From the human T2T-CHM13v2.0 reference genome, Homo sapiens: a stretch of 64,000 nt of DNA. Shown here piece by piece: positions 29,963 to 46,459 of the stretch (position 1 is its first letter; each line of letters begins with the position of its first letter). The notes beneath the pieces were generated by a model. That model did not search any database, was not told the origin of the DNA, and worked only from the letters and a program-made list of their open reading frames with translations. The translations under genes and the position numbers were made by a program. The stretch lies in NCBI RefSeq assembly GCF_009914755.1, contig NC_060933.1. The stretch is one strand, 5' to 3'.

Positions 29963-32900
29963 CGTGCTTATAAATAGGGATCCCTTATTTATTCATTCAA
30001 CAAACACAGGTTGAGGATGATCTGCTTTCAAGCCACTCTCCTGGGACCACTGGGGTGAGAAGCCCTGCAGCCTGGTGAAGGGTGCTGCAGGTGGGAATAG
30101 CCATCACGTGAGCCAGCTTGCTGAGTGCTGGAATGACTCTTGGTGAGGCAGCCGCTGTGGGAACAGAGCAAGGAGAGATGAGTTCCAACTGCTGGGTTCT
30201 GGGGTACTTCCAGAGACAATGGCATCTGAACTGATTCTGAGGGCTGGGGAAGAAGACAAAGTGGAGGAGGGAGAGGCAAGGGGAAGACAGAAAGAATGCA
30301 TGTGTGATGTCGCTGGGACAGGGGAAGGTGACTGGGGAAGGAGTAGAGAAAAAAGGTGGGAAAACCTCTCCTGTCACCCCCTAAGGCTCCCGGCCCCTAC
30401 TCCAGCCTGCCCCTACATGGCCTCAGCCCGCCTGCGCAAACTCACTTCCCCTGCCTTTCTCTTTCATCCCTGTGACTTGGTGACATCAGACTCCTGGCTG
30501 GTCACCAAATTCACCCAGCCCCTTCCCACCTCCAGACCTTTTCCTTCTTCTGAGAAACCCAACAACCTCCCCGCCCCCATCTCTAGCTGCCAAAATCATA
30601 CCCATCTTTCAAAATTCACCTTTCTCTAGGATTCCTGTTCTAGTTCTTGACTGGGCAAGATGTTGTTCTGGAGTCTCTGTGGTTCCTCCCTTGTGTTTCT
30701 CTCCCTGCACCTTCCAAGGTCACCTTGCAGTGTAACGGTGAGCCTGCTCTCCTCTGTCCACCGTTAGCATGCAGGCGCTCCACGGCAGGCACTGCCTCGC
30801 TGTCCTTCACATTCCTACCACAGCTGGGAGCCACACAATAGTCATTCAATAAAGACCAGCTGAGTCAAAACCAAGAGCACAGATTGCTCTCTTACAGCTA
30901 GTGAAGAACATAATCGCTGCAGGATTCCCTTGTGACCTTGTTATAGGAGAACACAACAAGTTTTCTTTTTCACAATTTGCTTTCCTAAGTTGCAGGTCAT
31001 AAAATACCCACAGAATACTGGGAAAACATGACATCGCTATGTGCTTTTACTTCAAAGATATTAACTCATGTTGGTAACACTGACCAGAACCTGCACACCA
31101 ATGATGATGTACTTTCATTGGCTACGGTGTTGCTTTGGTGCCACTCAGCTTGCAGTAACCTTCGGGTGCTGGGATTAGAACATCCAGGACGGACAGGAAA
31201 AGCAGAAGCAAAGGGCCATCTTTGCTGAAAGGGGTCCTGAGAAATTCAACCTCAGCTGTATTTAAATAGAAGTTATAATGCATATCTACATATTTTAAAA
31301 CATGTTTTTCCTGCAAAACTGGTTAGTAAAAGAAAGCTTTTGTTAGTTCCATCCGATACACTCAATTATTTTTGGCCCACCAAAATGTATTTCTCAGGTA
31401 TAAATCAGTGTGTTTAACCTTCTCTTTCCTCAAACCAGTCTATTCAGTCCTGGGCCTGTGGCCATGCTACCATGTCGAATACCTGGAGGGCTCTCTGACC
31501 ATGACCATATAAAATACTTGTGCCCGAATGCTGAATTAGTTGCTTCTCCCCCCCTTTTTTTAATGTAAACATTAAAAAAATTTAATGTAATTAAATGAAT
31601 TTTATTTATTTACATAATTATGGCATTATATGTAAACATCTAGGAAAGCATTTATGTTATTATACTGGAATTGTTTACTTAATATCAAAATGCCCAAACT
31701 GACTAAATTACCTGCAAGTGACTTATATTTTTCTAAATTAAATACCATGGTGAAAATTGGCCAATTTTCTTACAACACAATTTTAAATTATCACTTCCCC
31801 CTGCAAACAAAGACAAACTAGAAATTAAAACAACTCATAAGCACCACCTACATTTACTTCACTAAAAAAAGAAAGAAATGTCCTCTATAGAGTAAGATGG
31901 ACCACCACTCCCCGGCAAAGCATTACATGACAAGACAGCAAAGAAGATTCGTGTTACAAAACTGTTAAAAATACATGTGAAAGGTCTGCATAAAGGAAGA
32001 CCTTGGATCTTAGCAAGAAAAATTCAATGTCACAAAGATGTCAGTTCTCTGGCATAGAAACTCAATGCAGTACCAGTAACAATTCCAAATAGGGTTTTTG
32101 GTGGAACTTCAGAAGCTTTTCCAAAATTCACATGGAGAAGCAAGGGGCCAAGAACAGCACATGCTAAGGGAAAGAAGAAAATTATAGAAATAAACAGGCA
32201 GCATCATTCTGTTTATATAAAGTTCAAAAGCAGGCACTAAAGGAGATATGGTTCACAGATACACACACGAGTGGTAGACGTGCAAATCCCTCCAATCACC
32301 TCTGGCTGAACGTCCTAAAGGTACCAAGTACAGTAAAGCTAATCAGATACTTCACACTATCCTATTCTGTGCCTGTTAGTCTGAAGCCACCTATAATACT
32401 GAGATGTCTCAGGAACAAAATATTCTTGTAACACAGTTTCACTGATAACTCTTAAAATCTGAAATCCTTAATATCTGAAATGATAAAGAATTTCTTTCCA
32501 TATTATGACATACAGTGCATACCCATTGGCTGGTGATAAAACTATTATAGAAATAAGATATAAATTGCTTGAAAAGGTATTTGGAATTTTGTAAGATAAA
32601 AAGTATTTCAGTCTCCTATTTCTTTGTAACTTACAAATTAAGAATTAAAAGATATTCCAACATGCAAATAGCACTCTTCATATTAGAATAATCTACAATC
32701 GAAATGCAGAAGTCAGTCCTAAATTAAAGGTATGGTTTTACTTTTAATTCTTTCTGAAAATCAGGCATGTTTAAGTTAATTTAAAATTTGTTGAGAAAAA
32801 AGGAGTCATTATCTTTATTATATATATTCATGTTAATGCATCCTTTAGCGAAGTAATAATGAATGGTTGGACTTCTTTAGGCATGAAGACAGTCTAAGCT

Positions 32901-33445
32901 TAGGGCCTAGACCTTATTTCCTTCCAACACAAAAATGGCAGTCTGAGTAAATTAACCTAAGCAGTGACACAGGAAACAAATCATGCCCAATTCCCAACCT
33001 CGAACCCAACAACTTGCTTCCAACAGTTAATGGTCTTCCTTATCACTCTTATTAGGGCACGACAGATTCCATCTAACAGATCTGCAATTACCATAGTTCC
33101 TTTTCTTTTAATCCAGTATTTAAACTGTTCAATGATTTCCACTTTCACAGAATCCATATCTACCTAAGCCTAAGTGGACAAAGTATAATTCAGCGAACAA
33201 TTCCCATCTGCAGGAAAACTAACCATATAAAACATGTTTTCGGAAACACTTGTCCCCATTACATGGTTAGGAAGCAAAATTCAACAAGTAGTCATTGACA
33301 ATTTTGCCTCTTTCATAAACCACACTTTGAGATGTATAAAAGTATTGCTAATTTCAAGTCAGAGAAGAAGCCAAGTCTAATTAATTTTTTCCTCAGAAAA
33401 TCTGAAATCTTATCATATGTTTAAAATGGACTTATTATTCAGCAC

Positions 33446-33550
33446 TTTTTTGTTTTTGTTTTTTAGGAGATGGGCTCTCAGTATGTTGCTCAGGCTGCTG
33501 TGGAGCTCCTGAGCTCAAGGGCAATGTTCACACCTCTGCCTCTCAAGTAT
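33446..33550 (-). mobile_element. Alu monomer (FLAM-like) fragment
   Basis: T-rich tail then gagatggg...tatgttgctcaggctg...ctcctgagctcaag. Confidence 0.65.
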
Positions 33551-33703
33551 GCACTCTGTGGGTGGGGCCCTAGAATCTGCTTCTCCAACAGGAGCACAAC
33601 TCACCCCACTACACCAAAGGCTGGTGTTGATAAACTACATATTGGTCAAGCCCCTTAATAAGGCTGTTGAAACACCATTAAGATAAGCAGGTTTAAACCG
33701 ATC

Positions 33704-33892
33704 ACATTTTCTCAGTGTTGCCACCATTGGCATTTTGGGCCTGACAATTCCTTGTTGCAGGGGCCTGACCTGTGCATTCCCGCCTTCTACCTCCTCAATG
33801 CCAGGAGCCCCCTCACAAGTTGTGACAACCACACGTCCCCAGACATTGCTCAAATCCCCTCGGCAGCAAAACTGCCTCAGCTGAGCAGCTCT
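33704..33892. mobile_element. MER20 (hAT-Charlie)
   Basis: gttgtgacaacc...ccagacattgc...aaat motif and ttctca/tgag termini. Confidence 0.7.
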
Positions 33893-34160
33893 TCTTTAAA
33901 CACACACCCATTTTTAGAAGTGAGTTTGGATTACCGTTTTTGAACATTCATCTTGTCTTTGGGATAAAGATAGATATTGGCAATATAAAGGAGACTTGTG
34001 TGGCTGCTACAGAAACAGTCCAGGAGTTACTGTCATGTGAAGAAAGCAAGTCACAGAGTAAGAGTCAGTATAATTCCACCTATGTGAAAACAAACATAAA
34101 ACAAAGTTATTTTCATATATAAAGGCAAAGAAGACTATAAGAATCTGCACAGCCCACTGA

Positions 34161-34506
<346 letters not shown>

Positions 34507-37500
34507 TTAGGATAATTTTTAAAAACGGTGTTAGGTCTCCTCAGTTTTCAATTCCATAAAAGTAGATGATAAAACTGACTTTGAGGAAGTTCACAGAAGT
34601 GAGTGAGGCACATGCACGGGAAGCAGCGAGCGTTACGCACTCCCAGCACGTCTCCCATCTGATGCTGCTGTATCTGAAGTCGCAGTTCGGATGAGCATGG
34701 AGTATAATCTGAGAGCTGCGTAACCCCAGTTCCTGGGTTCTGGATACCTCTAACCTTCTCCCTTCTCCCTCTTCATGGTCACGGCCAAGGCCCACCTCCT
34801 GCCCTCTGGCTCATCTCCAATGCCTGTCCTGCATACATACACTCACCTGACGATATCATTTCTAGGTCTGCCACAAATGTATGCAGAGGCCCAGGAGGAG
34901 CCAAGACTGAAAACCGGAGGGCCTAAGTCAGCGTTTCTCAGGATGTCATGTACAGAGACCTCAATCTGAATTATCCTGCAGACCACCTTGGTCCCACCCA
35001 GCCCACTGAATCCAAACCTCTGGGGGTGGGCCCTAGAATCTGTTCTTCCAACAGGACAAACACCCCCTTTCCACTGCACTGTAAAGTCTGGGGCTCACCA
35101 GCCACAGACCTGACTATAGCTCAAATGCTGTGTGTCTTTATCTCCTGTGCACTAGGGAAAGAACCAGGAGAGGACAGCATAGGGGGAAGCCCAGGTCATC
35201 CTGTGACCTCCCCACCTCTGCCGGAGTGACCCCTTCCTCTGGTTCAAAATCTCCAACAACAGGGTGCAGACATGACCTAGACCACCGTGTGTGGTGAGAT
35301 TACTTGAGGACCTGAGGTAGAACGCTTTCAGGATGGAAACGTCTCAAGACTTGGAGTCAGACCCATTTAGGTTCAATGAGTAGTTCTGCCACTCAGTGAA
35401 GAAACTCACTTACTGTCACTACGCATCAGTGTCTTCATGTAAATCGCCCGGCTAGAGATCTGGCTCATAGTAGGTGCGAAATAAATGTTAGTTTCCATGG
35501 TTCAGTGCCAGGGCTGTTTCTCTGACACAGGCCAAATGTCTAGAACCTATCCTAATTAGGGGGAGAAAGAGGTCTTTAATGTCTTCTGTTTCATCATTCT
35601 GTTTGCCTACACAGCAAGCATTTATCACTGCCAATACTAAACTGAACTCTTTTCTATCTCCCACAAGAGATGCAATCTTCACTGTCTCTTCCTGGGGTTC
35701 TTCCCAGGCTCCCAGGAAGGCAGGTGTCACGCCACTACTGCCACAGCTTCAGGAGGCACACAGCGCGTGGGTTAATGCAGCCTGCTCCATGAAAAGCTCC
35801 CACTGGCTCTTGCCACTGCCTCCAAGCACAACTTCATACTGAAAACATCACACCCCAGCACCATCATTGCCCCTAGGGAGAAGACACAAGAAGTCAGAAG
35901 GAACCACAAGCCTACAACTTACACTGCTTGGTCCCATAAAGAAGGTCAGGAGTTCCTAGAAGGGAGAAATTTCCATCCAGTGAAAAGCAAAATATTTGCT
36001 TTCCTTGGTACATATTGCTCCTGTCCATAATTTCAAATCTTCCTACTCAGTAAACCTTATCATCCTTCAGTGGTGGTCACATGGCAGTCCGAAACACGTC
36101 AGTGTTTGTGTCTGTTTTCTCAGTAACTTCTCTCTTTGTTTCCCACTAACTGTTACTTCCTGCAGTTTCCTGTTCTCTCGCATTTTTATGTCCACTCCTC
36201 CCGAACCCTGCCATTTATAATCCCTACCTGGACTGACTCTTGGGGCTTTGCCTCCTGTCCTCAAGCCTAATCTGCCTGAATCCTTTTCTCATTTCACTCT
36301 GCATACTCAAACTTACAGTATGATGTGCCCTATGATTTTTAATTAAAAAATTACACATAAGTTACAAATGATATTTTAAGTTCAAAAAAAGAATTTCCTT
36401 TCATTTACATCTCAGTATATGTAATTTTCTCATGATAGCATATTATTTGTGCATTCTGGGATGCTATTCAAATACTGTGAATATCAATTAAATACGCCAA
36501 TTGCTCTAACTTAAAAAAATGGAACAAATTTATTCCCATCCCTTTTGCAGTTTTACATCCACAGCCAAAACAAATTACTGCAGACACATTTCTGTAGCTT
36601 TTGCTTCAAAATCCTGCCTTCAATGTTTTTTTTTTCCCTTTTTAAAATTTATATGTCCCATTGCAGTTTAAGTGAAATGATCTACAATAAAAACCTAACT
36701 GCCCTGGTATTTTTAGAGCCCTTTTTACTATGAAATAAACACTCAGAAACCTGGAGAATTGCAGTGGTTAAGTCTGTGAGTGGGAAGGAAGGCTGCTCAT
36801 TCACAGACCCTCCCAGCGCCCGTTGTTTACATAGCCTATTCCGTGAGCAGGATGCTGACAGAACACAATTCACAGAATTTCCACACACAGGTCCAACCAT
36901 AACAAAGTCTGCAGCTTTTACTTTTGCTTACAGAACCTCTTGCTTGCTCGCTCATTAGTTCCAGGGGGGGGAAATAGAGTAGGCTTCCCAAAAACCAAAA
37001 CCAAAAGGCTTTAGAAAATAAGCCTGAATGAAACCATGGCATTAAACCGTATCTATAAGAATGTATACAGAAATATGTAGATACACAGACCTGGAAATGT
37101 GTGCTTTACTAAATACATTCACTAGGAGCAGATCATGCATTTGATAAATATTCTGCCAGGCTTAAATAATCATCCCTTTGAAAACACCCTCATCTCCCTG
37201 GCTTGCCCCCTTTTCTAAAGTCCAGTGGTACTTGCTGTGTAAAACCTTGGCCCTTGTGAATCCATGCTGCAGCTTTTCTTCCTGGTGCCCACACAGCTGA
37301 ACACTGCTGGAGAATATCAGACAACTGAGCTGACAGCGTTGGCTTGGATTTCTGACCACAACCCTTGAAGGGAAGGGGCTCAGCAGTGCCTCACAATCTT
37401 CTTATGCATCCTTGGTCATTTTGCTTGGCCACTTCCTGAGTAATTATTTCCTGCTTCCTCTCTCATCACACCACCACCCCTTCCCCAAAAGTCCTGGTGA

Positions 37501-38270
37501 GGAGCTCATCTCATATGTAGTTGAGAAAATAGCAATTAGCAAGAAACTCACTCATCTCACCACCAACCAATTTAACCAATTTACAAGCTCACCTGCACAC
37601 GCACACCCCCCATGTCCTGTCTTCCCTCCTGTTCAGATGGAAGGAGTGTCTCTGCTCCTATAAAGTGCAGCTGTCCACTTGGGCCCTGATCACCTCCACT
37701 CCTACCTCGCCAGGACCCTCCGCAGCAGTGACCCGCGTCATTGCTGGATTTCTCATGTCAATTACAAACATGCTAGAAGAGCTACCTAGATTAAAAAGAA
37801 AAAAGTTCTCCTTGATCCTACCTCTCCCTCCTTCTAATTACTCCTCATCTCTGTGTTCTGCATTTAGCACAATTTCCTGAGAAAGCTGTCTAAACTTGCC
37901 TTCTTTGCTTCTGCAACTCACATTCATTCTTCAGGCTTCTCTAATCTGGCTTCTATCCCTACCAGTTCACCAGTCAGAACTCCATGCTACAAACCGTGGG
38001 ATCCACCCCTGCACCCTCTTGCTTGCCCACTCAGCGGTGCCCTGGGCTGCCTCTCCCCCAGGGCTGCACCTGTACATCTCCAGGATGCACACACACTGCC
38101 CGCCCTGGCACTGTGTGGGTGAGAGCAGAGCAGGTCAGCAGGGTGGCCCTGGTTTCTGCTGCTGGTACACCGCATGCTACACATTTTTCTTTTCATCTAG
38201 TCTAACTTAGCTGGTACTTTCTCTTCAACCCCATTTTTAGACACTGGAGACCTGGGAGCTCAAGTGATCC

Positions 38271-38608
38271 CCAGGAGATTTTGTACAGTCCCATGATTTT
38301 AGATGCCATTTCTATGCTGAGGTCCTCTGTCATGAAGGGCTGGACTCCAGGAAATTTTGTATAGTCCCGTGGTTTTGGATGCCATTTCTGTGCTGGGGTC
38401 TTCTGTCACAAAGGTTGCACCCCAAGAGATTTTGTATAGTCCCGGGATTTTGGATGCCATTTCTATGCTGAGGTCTTCTGTCATGAAGGGCTGGACTCCA
38501 GTCTTGAGGTGTCAGGACAGTGGCTTTCAAGTCCATGAGATTTTGTACAGTCCCATGATTGTGGATGCCATTTCTATGCTGGGGTCTTCTGTCATAAAAG
38601 ACTGAACT
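38271..38608. repeat. Minisatellite, 4 x 75-76 bp, with a 35-bp interruption
   Basis: Units at 38271, 38347, 38422, 38533; consensus ccaggagattttgtayagtcccatgattttggatgccatttctatgctgrggtcttctgtcatgaagggctggact. Confidence 0.95.
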
Positions 38609-38715
38609 CCAGGCCAACTTCCCCTTCGGCCTTGCATCTGGGCAGGTCAACAGAAGACTAAGAAAGCCTGAGTGCTCCCTCCTATGGCCCAGGGTGGGGT
38701 TCAAACCTCACAAGG

Positions 38716-38746
38716 CCCAGCCCAGCCCAGCCCAGCCCAGCCCCAG
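38716..38746. repeat. (CCCAG)6 pentamer repeat
   Basis: Directly visible; last unit is CCCCAG. Confidence 0.95.
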
Positions 38747-38761
38747 TCACCATCCTACTTC

Positions 38762-38925
38762 CTTTTTTTTTTTTTTTTTTTTTTTTGAGACAGGGTCTCA
38801 CTGTTTCCCAGGATGGAGTGCAGTGGTGTGATCTTGGTTCACTGCAGCCAAGACTTCCTCAGCTCAAGCAATCCTCTTGCCTCCCAAAGTGCTGGAATTA
38901 CAGGCATGGGCTACCACACCTGGCC
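38762..38925 (-). mobile_element. Alu (J-like), internally deleted
   Basis: poly(T)+gagacagggtctc ... ctcccaaagtgctgg...cacacctggcc. Confidence 0.85.
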
Positions 38926-41091
38926 AGCATCCTACTTCTATAGGGTGACCACACCTTCCAAAATTCTAGTTCCAGCCCTGCCATCTCTCCTATGCTCCAG
39001 ATCATATATGCAACTAGCTTGCCTGACATCTGCAACTGTGCAATTGGTATCTCAAATTTAACACAACTAAGATTCTTAGCCCAGCCATCCCCAAGCCCCT
39101 TTTTCATCTTTGCCACCCAAGAACATGATTCTACCAACCACATGGTTGCTCCAGTCAACATTTTAGATGTTACCTTCGACTCATCCTTCAAATCCTCTCC
39201 CTCATCCTCCATACGCAGCCCATCTGCAAGTCCTGCCAATTACAGCTCAACTACACTCTGGATAGGTCTGCTTCTCTCCAGGGCACTGCTTTCACCGTGA
39301 TCCCAGCCACCATGATCTCTCACCTGCATGCTGTCACAGCCTCCAGTCTCGTTTTTCTCATTTTATTCTTGCTTCCTCCCCCGAGATCCATTTTCCATAA
39401 GGCAGCAAGAGGAGGGAATGTTAGGACATATCTCTCTTAAGGCCAAAACAATTTTTATGAGTAAGAAATGTGAGTTGTTCTGAATGCAGTAATACTTTTG
39501 ATGAGACTTATTTCCTTTTTAAGAATGAAGATGCAGGGAACAATGGGAGGAACACCTTGGATGTGATATCTAAAATCGATTCCCACAGTGCTTCAGCCAT
39601 GTCAAGCTGGACAACTACATCTGCTGGGACCAACGACAGGAGGAGCAGGGACAACGACCAAGGACATCACCAGGTAGACATCGTGTTGCTATGTGAAGGT
39701 GACCTGGTGGTAGTCACCTTCACTTGTTCCCAGATTTGAGAGACAAGCAAGTCTGTTACATCTCCAGTTCCTGCCACAGGTACTTTCAGTTGAAACTTGA
39801 CGCCCCAGGGATGGGAAACCCAGTAGTGACACAGAAACTGGATTAGACATTCAAAGACCTCAGTCCCAGTTTCCCAACTTAACTAGCTTTTTAAATGTTT
39901 CTTAACATTTAGGGCCTCACTTTTCTCATTTTCAAAGTGAGGATATAACATTTTTCACAGGGAGCTGTTCAACGCAATTACGAATGAACAAACTATAGAA
40001 CACCATTCAAATATGTTATTAAATATAACGTCTCTAGAAATGTCCCTTTAAAAACAGTACCTGGAATTTGACTATCAAATTTTTAAAATTACTATTATTG
40101 AAGCAACAGAAAAAGATTACAGAAATTTCAGAGACATAAAGGTATAGTCAAAGTAGAGACTCTTGGATCTTGCAGAAATGACAGAATTCTATTTCCAGCT
40201 TCTTTGTCCAACCTAGACATCAGCTTTTTCCTATACGGTTTCATTTCCTACCACATTTCCTGCCCTTCATTCATCCAAAGGTTACATGTAAGAATGGGAA
40301 CAGGCAGAATTTCAATAACCAACTACATAGTACTACATTGTCCAAATCACTGAACAAACAAGATTCTCTTGTCAGAAAGTTCCTTTGTTATAAAATCTTT
40401 ACTATAGTGTATCTATATTCAAAATAGATTAGGGGATATTTATTGAGCACCTCCTATGTACCTGGCTTTGGAGATGTAGCAGCCAACAAGAGTTGAGGTG
40501 GCTGCCTTCAAGGGGTTTACATTCCAGTGAGGGAAAAGGGAAGAGGCAACGAACACATATAGAAGTCAACAAGATGAAGATGACCAACAATAAAAGAAAT
40601 GAAGAGCATGCTGATTAGATTAGAAATGGATACGATTCACTTTAGATAAGCAAGGGGGCGCTACTCCAAAGACTAAGCATGGGATCAAGACCTGAAAGGT
40701 AAGAAAAGAGCATGCAAACAGCTTGTGGAGTAATCGGCAAGTTCAGCCCAAAGGCAAGGAAAAACCCAGACTCTAGCTAGGCCATGGCGAGCAGAAGAAG
40801 GAGTGCTATGAGATGAGGGTGGAGACGAAACAGACCTCCAATCATGTCGCATCCTGTATGCTGTGGTAACAGGAGCCGTGGGTGTGATCAAAGGGTATTC
40901 AATAGGTAAACAACTTGATTTTGTTTTCAAAAGTATTAAATTTGAGATTATTTTGTGAACATTGGGGAGGGGAGCACTAAAAATGTCTCTAAATGGGGCA
41001 GTAGCATGAGTTATGCTTTACAAAAATTGGGTTGGTAAGACTGTGCAAGACAAACTGAAAGAGGAAGATGACATTGGAAACTGAGATACTA

Positions 41092-41127
41092 CAGGTTGGT
41101 GCAAAAGTAACTGCGGTTTTTGCCACT
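41092..41127. mobile_element. MADE1 (Hsmar1-derived MITE), one arm only
   Basis: aggttggtgcaaaagtaactgcggtttttgcca. Confidence 0.8.
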
Positions 41128-41879
41128 GACCAGCTATCACAGTCAAAATGTAAAGGGTGCCCAAATTGCAAGGGCGGCAATGGCAATGAAGAGAAAAGGA
41201 TAAAAGTGTGAAATACCACACAGGTGTGATAGACGGGATTTGGTGCTCACTGGAGCAAAAGAGGGAGAACTCAGAGCTACGGAGGGTCATTTCAGCCTAG
41301 CCAGAACGAATGCTGCCACAGGAAGACATACCAGGCATAAAGGTGAGGCCCAGGAACCAGGAGGACAGTGTGTTCCATTTAAGCCATGACACCACTTTCT
41401 TCTCTCCTTCTGAGTCCACCCTGTTACTTCCAAGGCTGCACACCAGTACCATTAGTGACCCTGAGCCATACACCAAACCAACTGAAGAAGGATATAGAGG
41501 GTTGTGTTTTTTTTTAAATTCCATTGGTAATTCTGATGTGCAGCCAGGGCCAAAACTCACTGGGCCAGGCAGAGCATGGAAACTAGATTAATTAAATTTC
41601 GTATATTTTTGGAGATGGAGGATTACTTTGGTCATTTTCCTTCTGCTTGAAGAACAGTCTTAGTACTCCCTTTGTGGAGCTCTGCTGGTGACAAATTCTC
41701 CTACTTTTCGTTTACCTAAAATGTCTCATTTTTAATGGATTCCTCCACCCCCATGAATTTGAAGATATCATTACACTGTCTCCTGGCTTCCATTACTTCT
41801 GTAAGAAGTCAACAAGCAGCCTGTCAAGGCTGGCACTAAGAAGATGCAGGAGAGCATTTGCCTTGGGTACAAAACTATC

Positions 41880-43850
<1,971 letters not shown>

Positions 43851-44687
43851 TAAAGTCTGAGTCTTAACGCTAATATCTGGAGCCCCTATGTGTCTGTTTT
43901 ATTGTCTGCTATTTCTACTGATTCAATTTTGTTATCCTGGCTCTTTGTATACCTAGTTATTTTTATCTACACCAGACACGACACTACACTTGCAAAACTG
44001 CTGGCAGAAATAATTTGAGATACCAAGATAATATTGTCGTCCTCCAAAGAGGCTTCTGTCACACCTGAATCACTAGCAATCCAGGATTACCCTAATCCAG
44101 GGTCAGTGACTGAGATGATCTGAGGGTAAACTGCACACTCTCTGAGGGCCTGTCTGCTTCGGTTCACATTTACTCTTCAGGTGCTTCCCTTCAAGATCCC
44201 AACCTCAAGTAAAAGGTTCACCAGGATGTGCTCAGTTGGCAGACCACGGACTCTAATTTCTGCCCTCCTAGTCCTGTGATGCTCCAAAAGCACCTTGCTG
44301 CTTAATCGTCTCCTTTGTAACTGGCAGACACCCCTAGTCCTAAACCATAGGCTCACCTCCTGTGGCCTCTACCTTTCCCTGGACTCTGACTGAGAACATA
44401 TTTACTATATCATGAGCTTTTTCAAGCTTTGAAGCATATTTTTCATATTTAGTCTGAGTTTTCTCATCCTTAGGAGGAGGTGTCACTTGATTTCTGAGTT
44501 TGCAATTGCTAAAAACAGAAGTCCCTCATGACCTATCCTGAGTACCTGATGAAAGTTGTGAACCCTCTTCCAGGAAAACTATATATGCCTACAATATTTC
44601 CACACAATTTCATGGAGTTTTCTGACCCTTTGAAGCCCATCCATGAACACAAGGGCCCAAGGTCCTCAAGTTAAAAAAGCCAACTAT

Positions 44688-44983
<296 letters not shown>

Positions 44984-46117
44984 CCCAATATAATAAAGGA
45001 ACTGTATGGTAGTTATAGTTGAGACGTACTGAAAGCTTTCTCTGCCAGGTACTGTGCATCTAGCCCTGTCATCATGCTTATCTTGCACATGGCCCTCACA
45101 GTCTGCAGGAATCGTGGCTTGTTAGTTAAATTGCAGAGCTGACTCCTGAGGAAGGCCAGTGGTGCTGGGCCCAAGAGGACCTTCTACTGCTGCTGCAGCC
45201 AAGATGCCAAGCCCTGAGTTGACATAAAGGAGTTACCAGGCAGAAGGCCAAGAAACAAAGTCTCAAGCCTGGACATGTTCTGAACTGATGAAGCCATCCA
45301 AAAAGCCCTTCTGAGTGGGTGGAACAACACAGCAGAGGTCCCCACAGGACCCAAAAATAGTAGTCAAGTAGGCATCAGTGGCCAAATTCCAGGAGTCCCT
45401 AGAGAAAGGGTTGATCTCATCAGGGGAGAAGGTCTACAATCAAGAATATAATCACGGGTTGAGACTCAAGACTCCTAGGATGGGCAAAGGGCTCCATGCC
45501 AGAGTCTTGGCTCAGAGGTGTTAAAGGCCCCTAAGCCAGCACTCGCAGGAGTGAGACACACGTCATGACCCAGCAGCTAGTGGAGATGGAATTTCTGAAA
45601 TGCTACCACAATTCACTGTCTTTAGCTTGGGACTTAGGTGGGAAAGGGCTATAGAACACAACAGTGACTCTTGATGGGGCCAATTCAAAATCCACTAATC
45701 TGCTATTAAAACATTTTTGTGGCTTTACTGGCATTTAGTGGTTAAGGAAAACTAGAAATATACCATATAATAGCAAACTGTCACACACAATTTTCAGACG
45801 TTCCACTGTATCATCATGTATGTGGAACCTTCTTTTAGAGCCTAAAGCTGTTTTACATAGAAATACAAAATATGTTTTGCATGTTCTGGCATCCTCTGAC
45901 TTCTCTGAAAATGTAATTACCCTGTTGGTCAGGGAAGATTTTACAGCAGTTTCATCATAGCATTATCAAGAGTTGTCTATCGTTTTGGAAAATCACCTCC
46001 TGGAAGGCAAGGCCACATGAGGCCCTCCTCTAACAGCCTGAATTTGCAGTGGTCACATTCTCAGAGAGCCCATGTGTAGATGCATGCATCCGTTCATGAT
46101 GTCTCCCAGTCTCATAA

Positions 46118-46459
<342 letters not shown>

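Noticed and set aside
38271-38608. CRISPR-like repeat-spacer array
   Set aside because: Eukaryotic intron; units are 76 bp, diverged and mostly contiguous with a single spacer; no cas genes
40645-40663. Second CTCF-like motif gataagcaagggggcgcta
   Set aside because: The 3' half matches but the conserved CC at core positions 4-5 is missing; too weak to call
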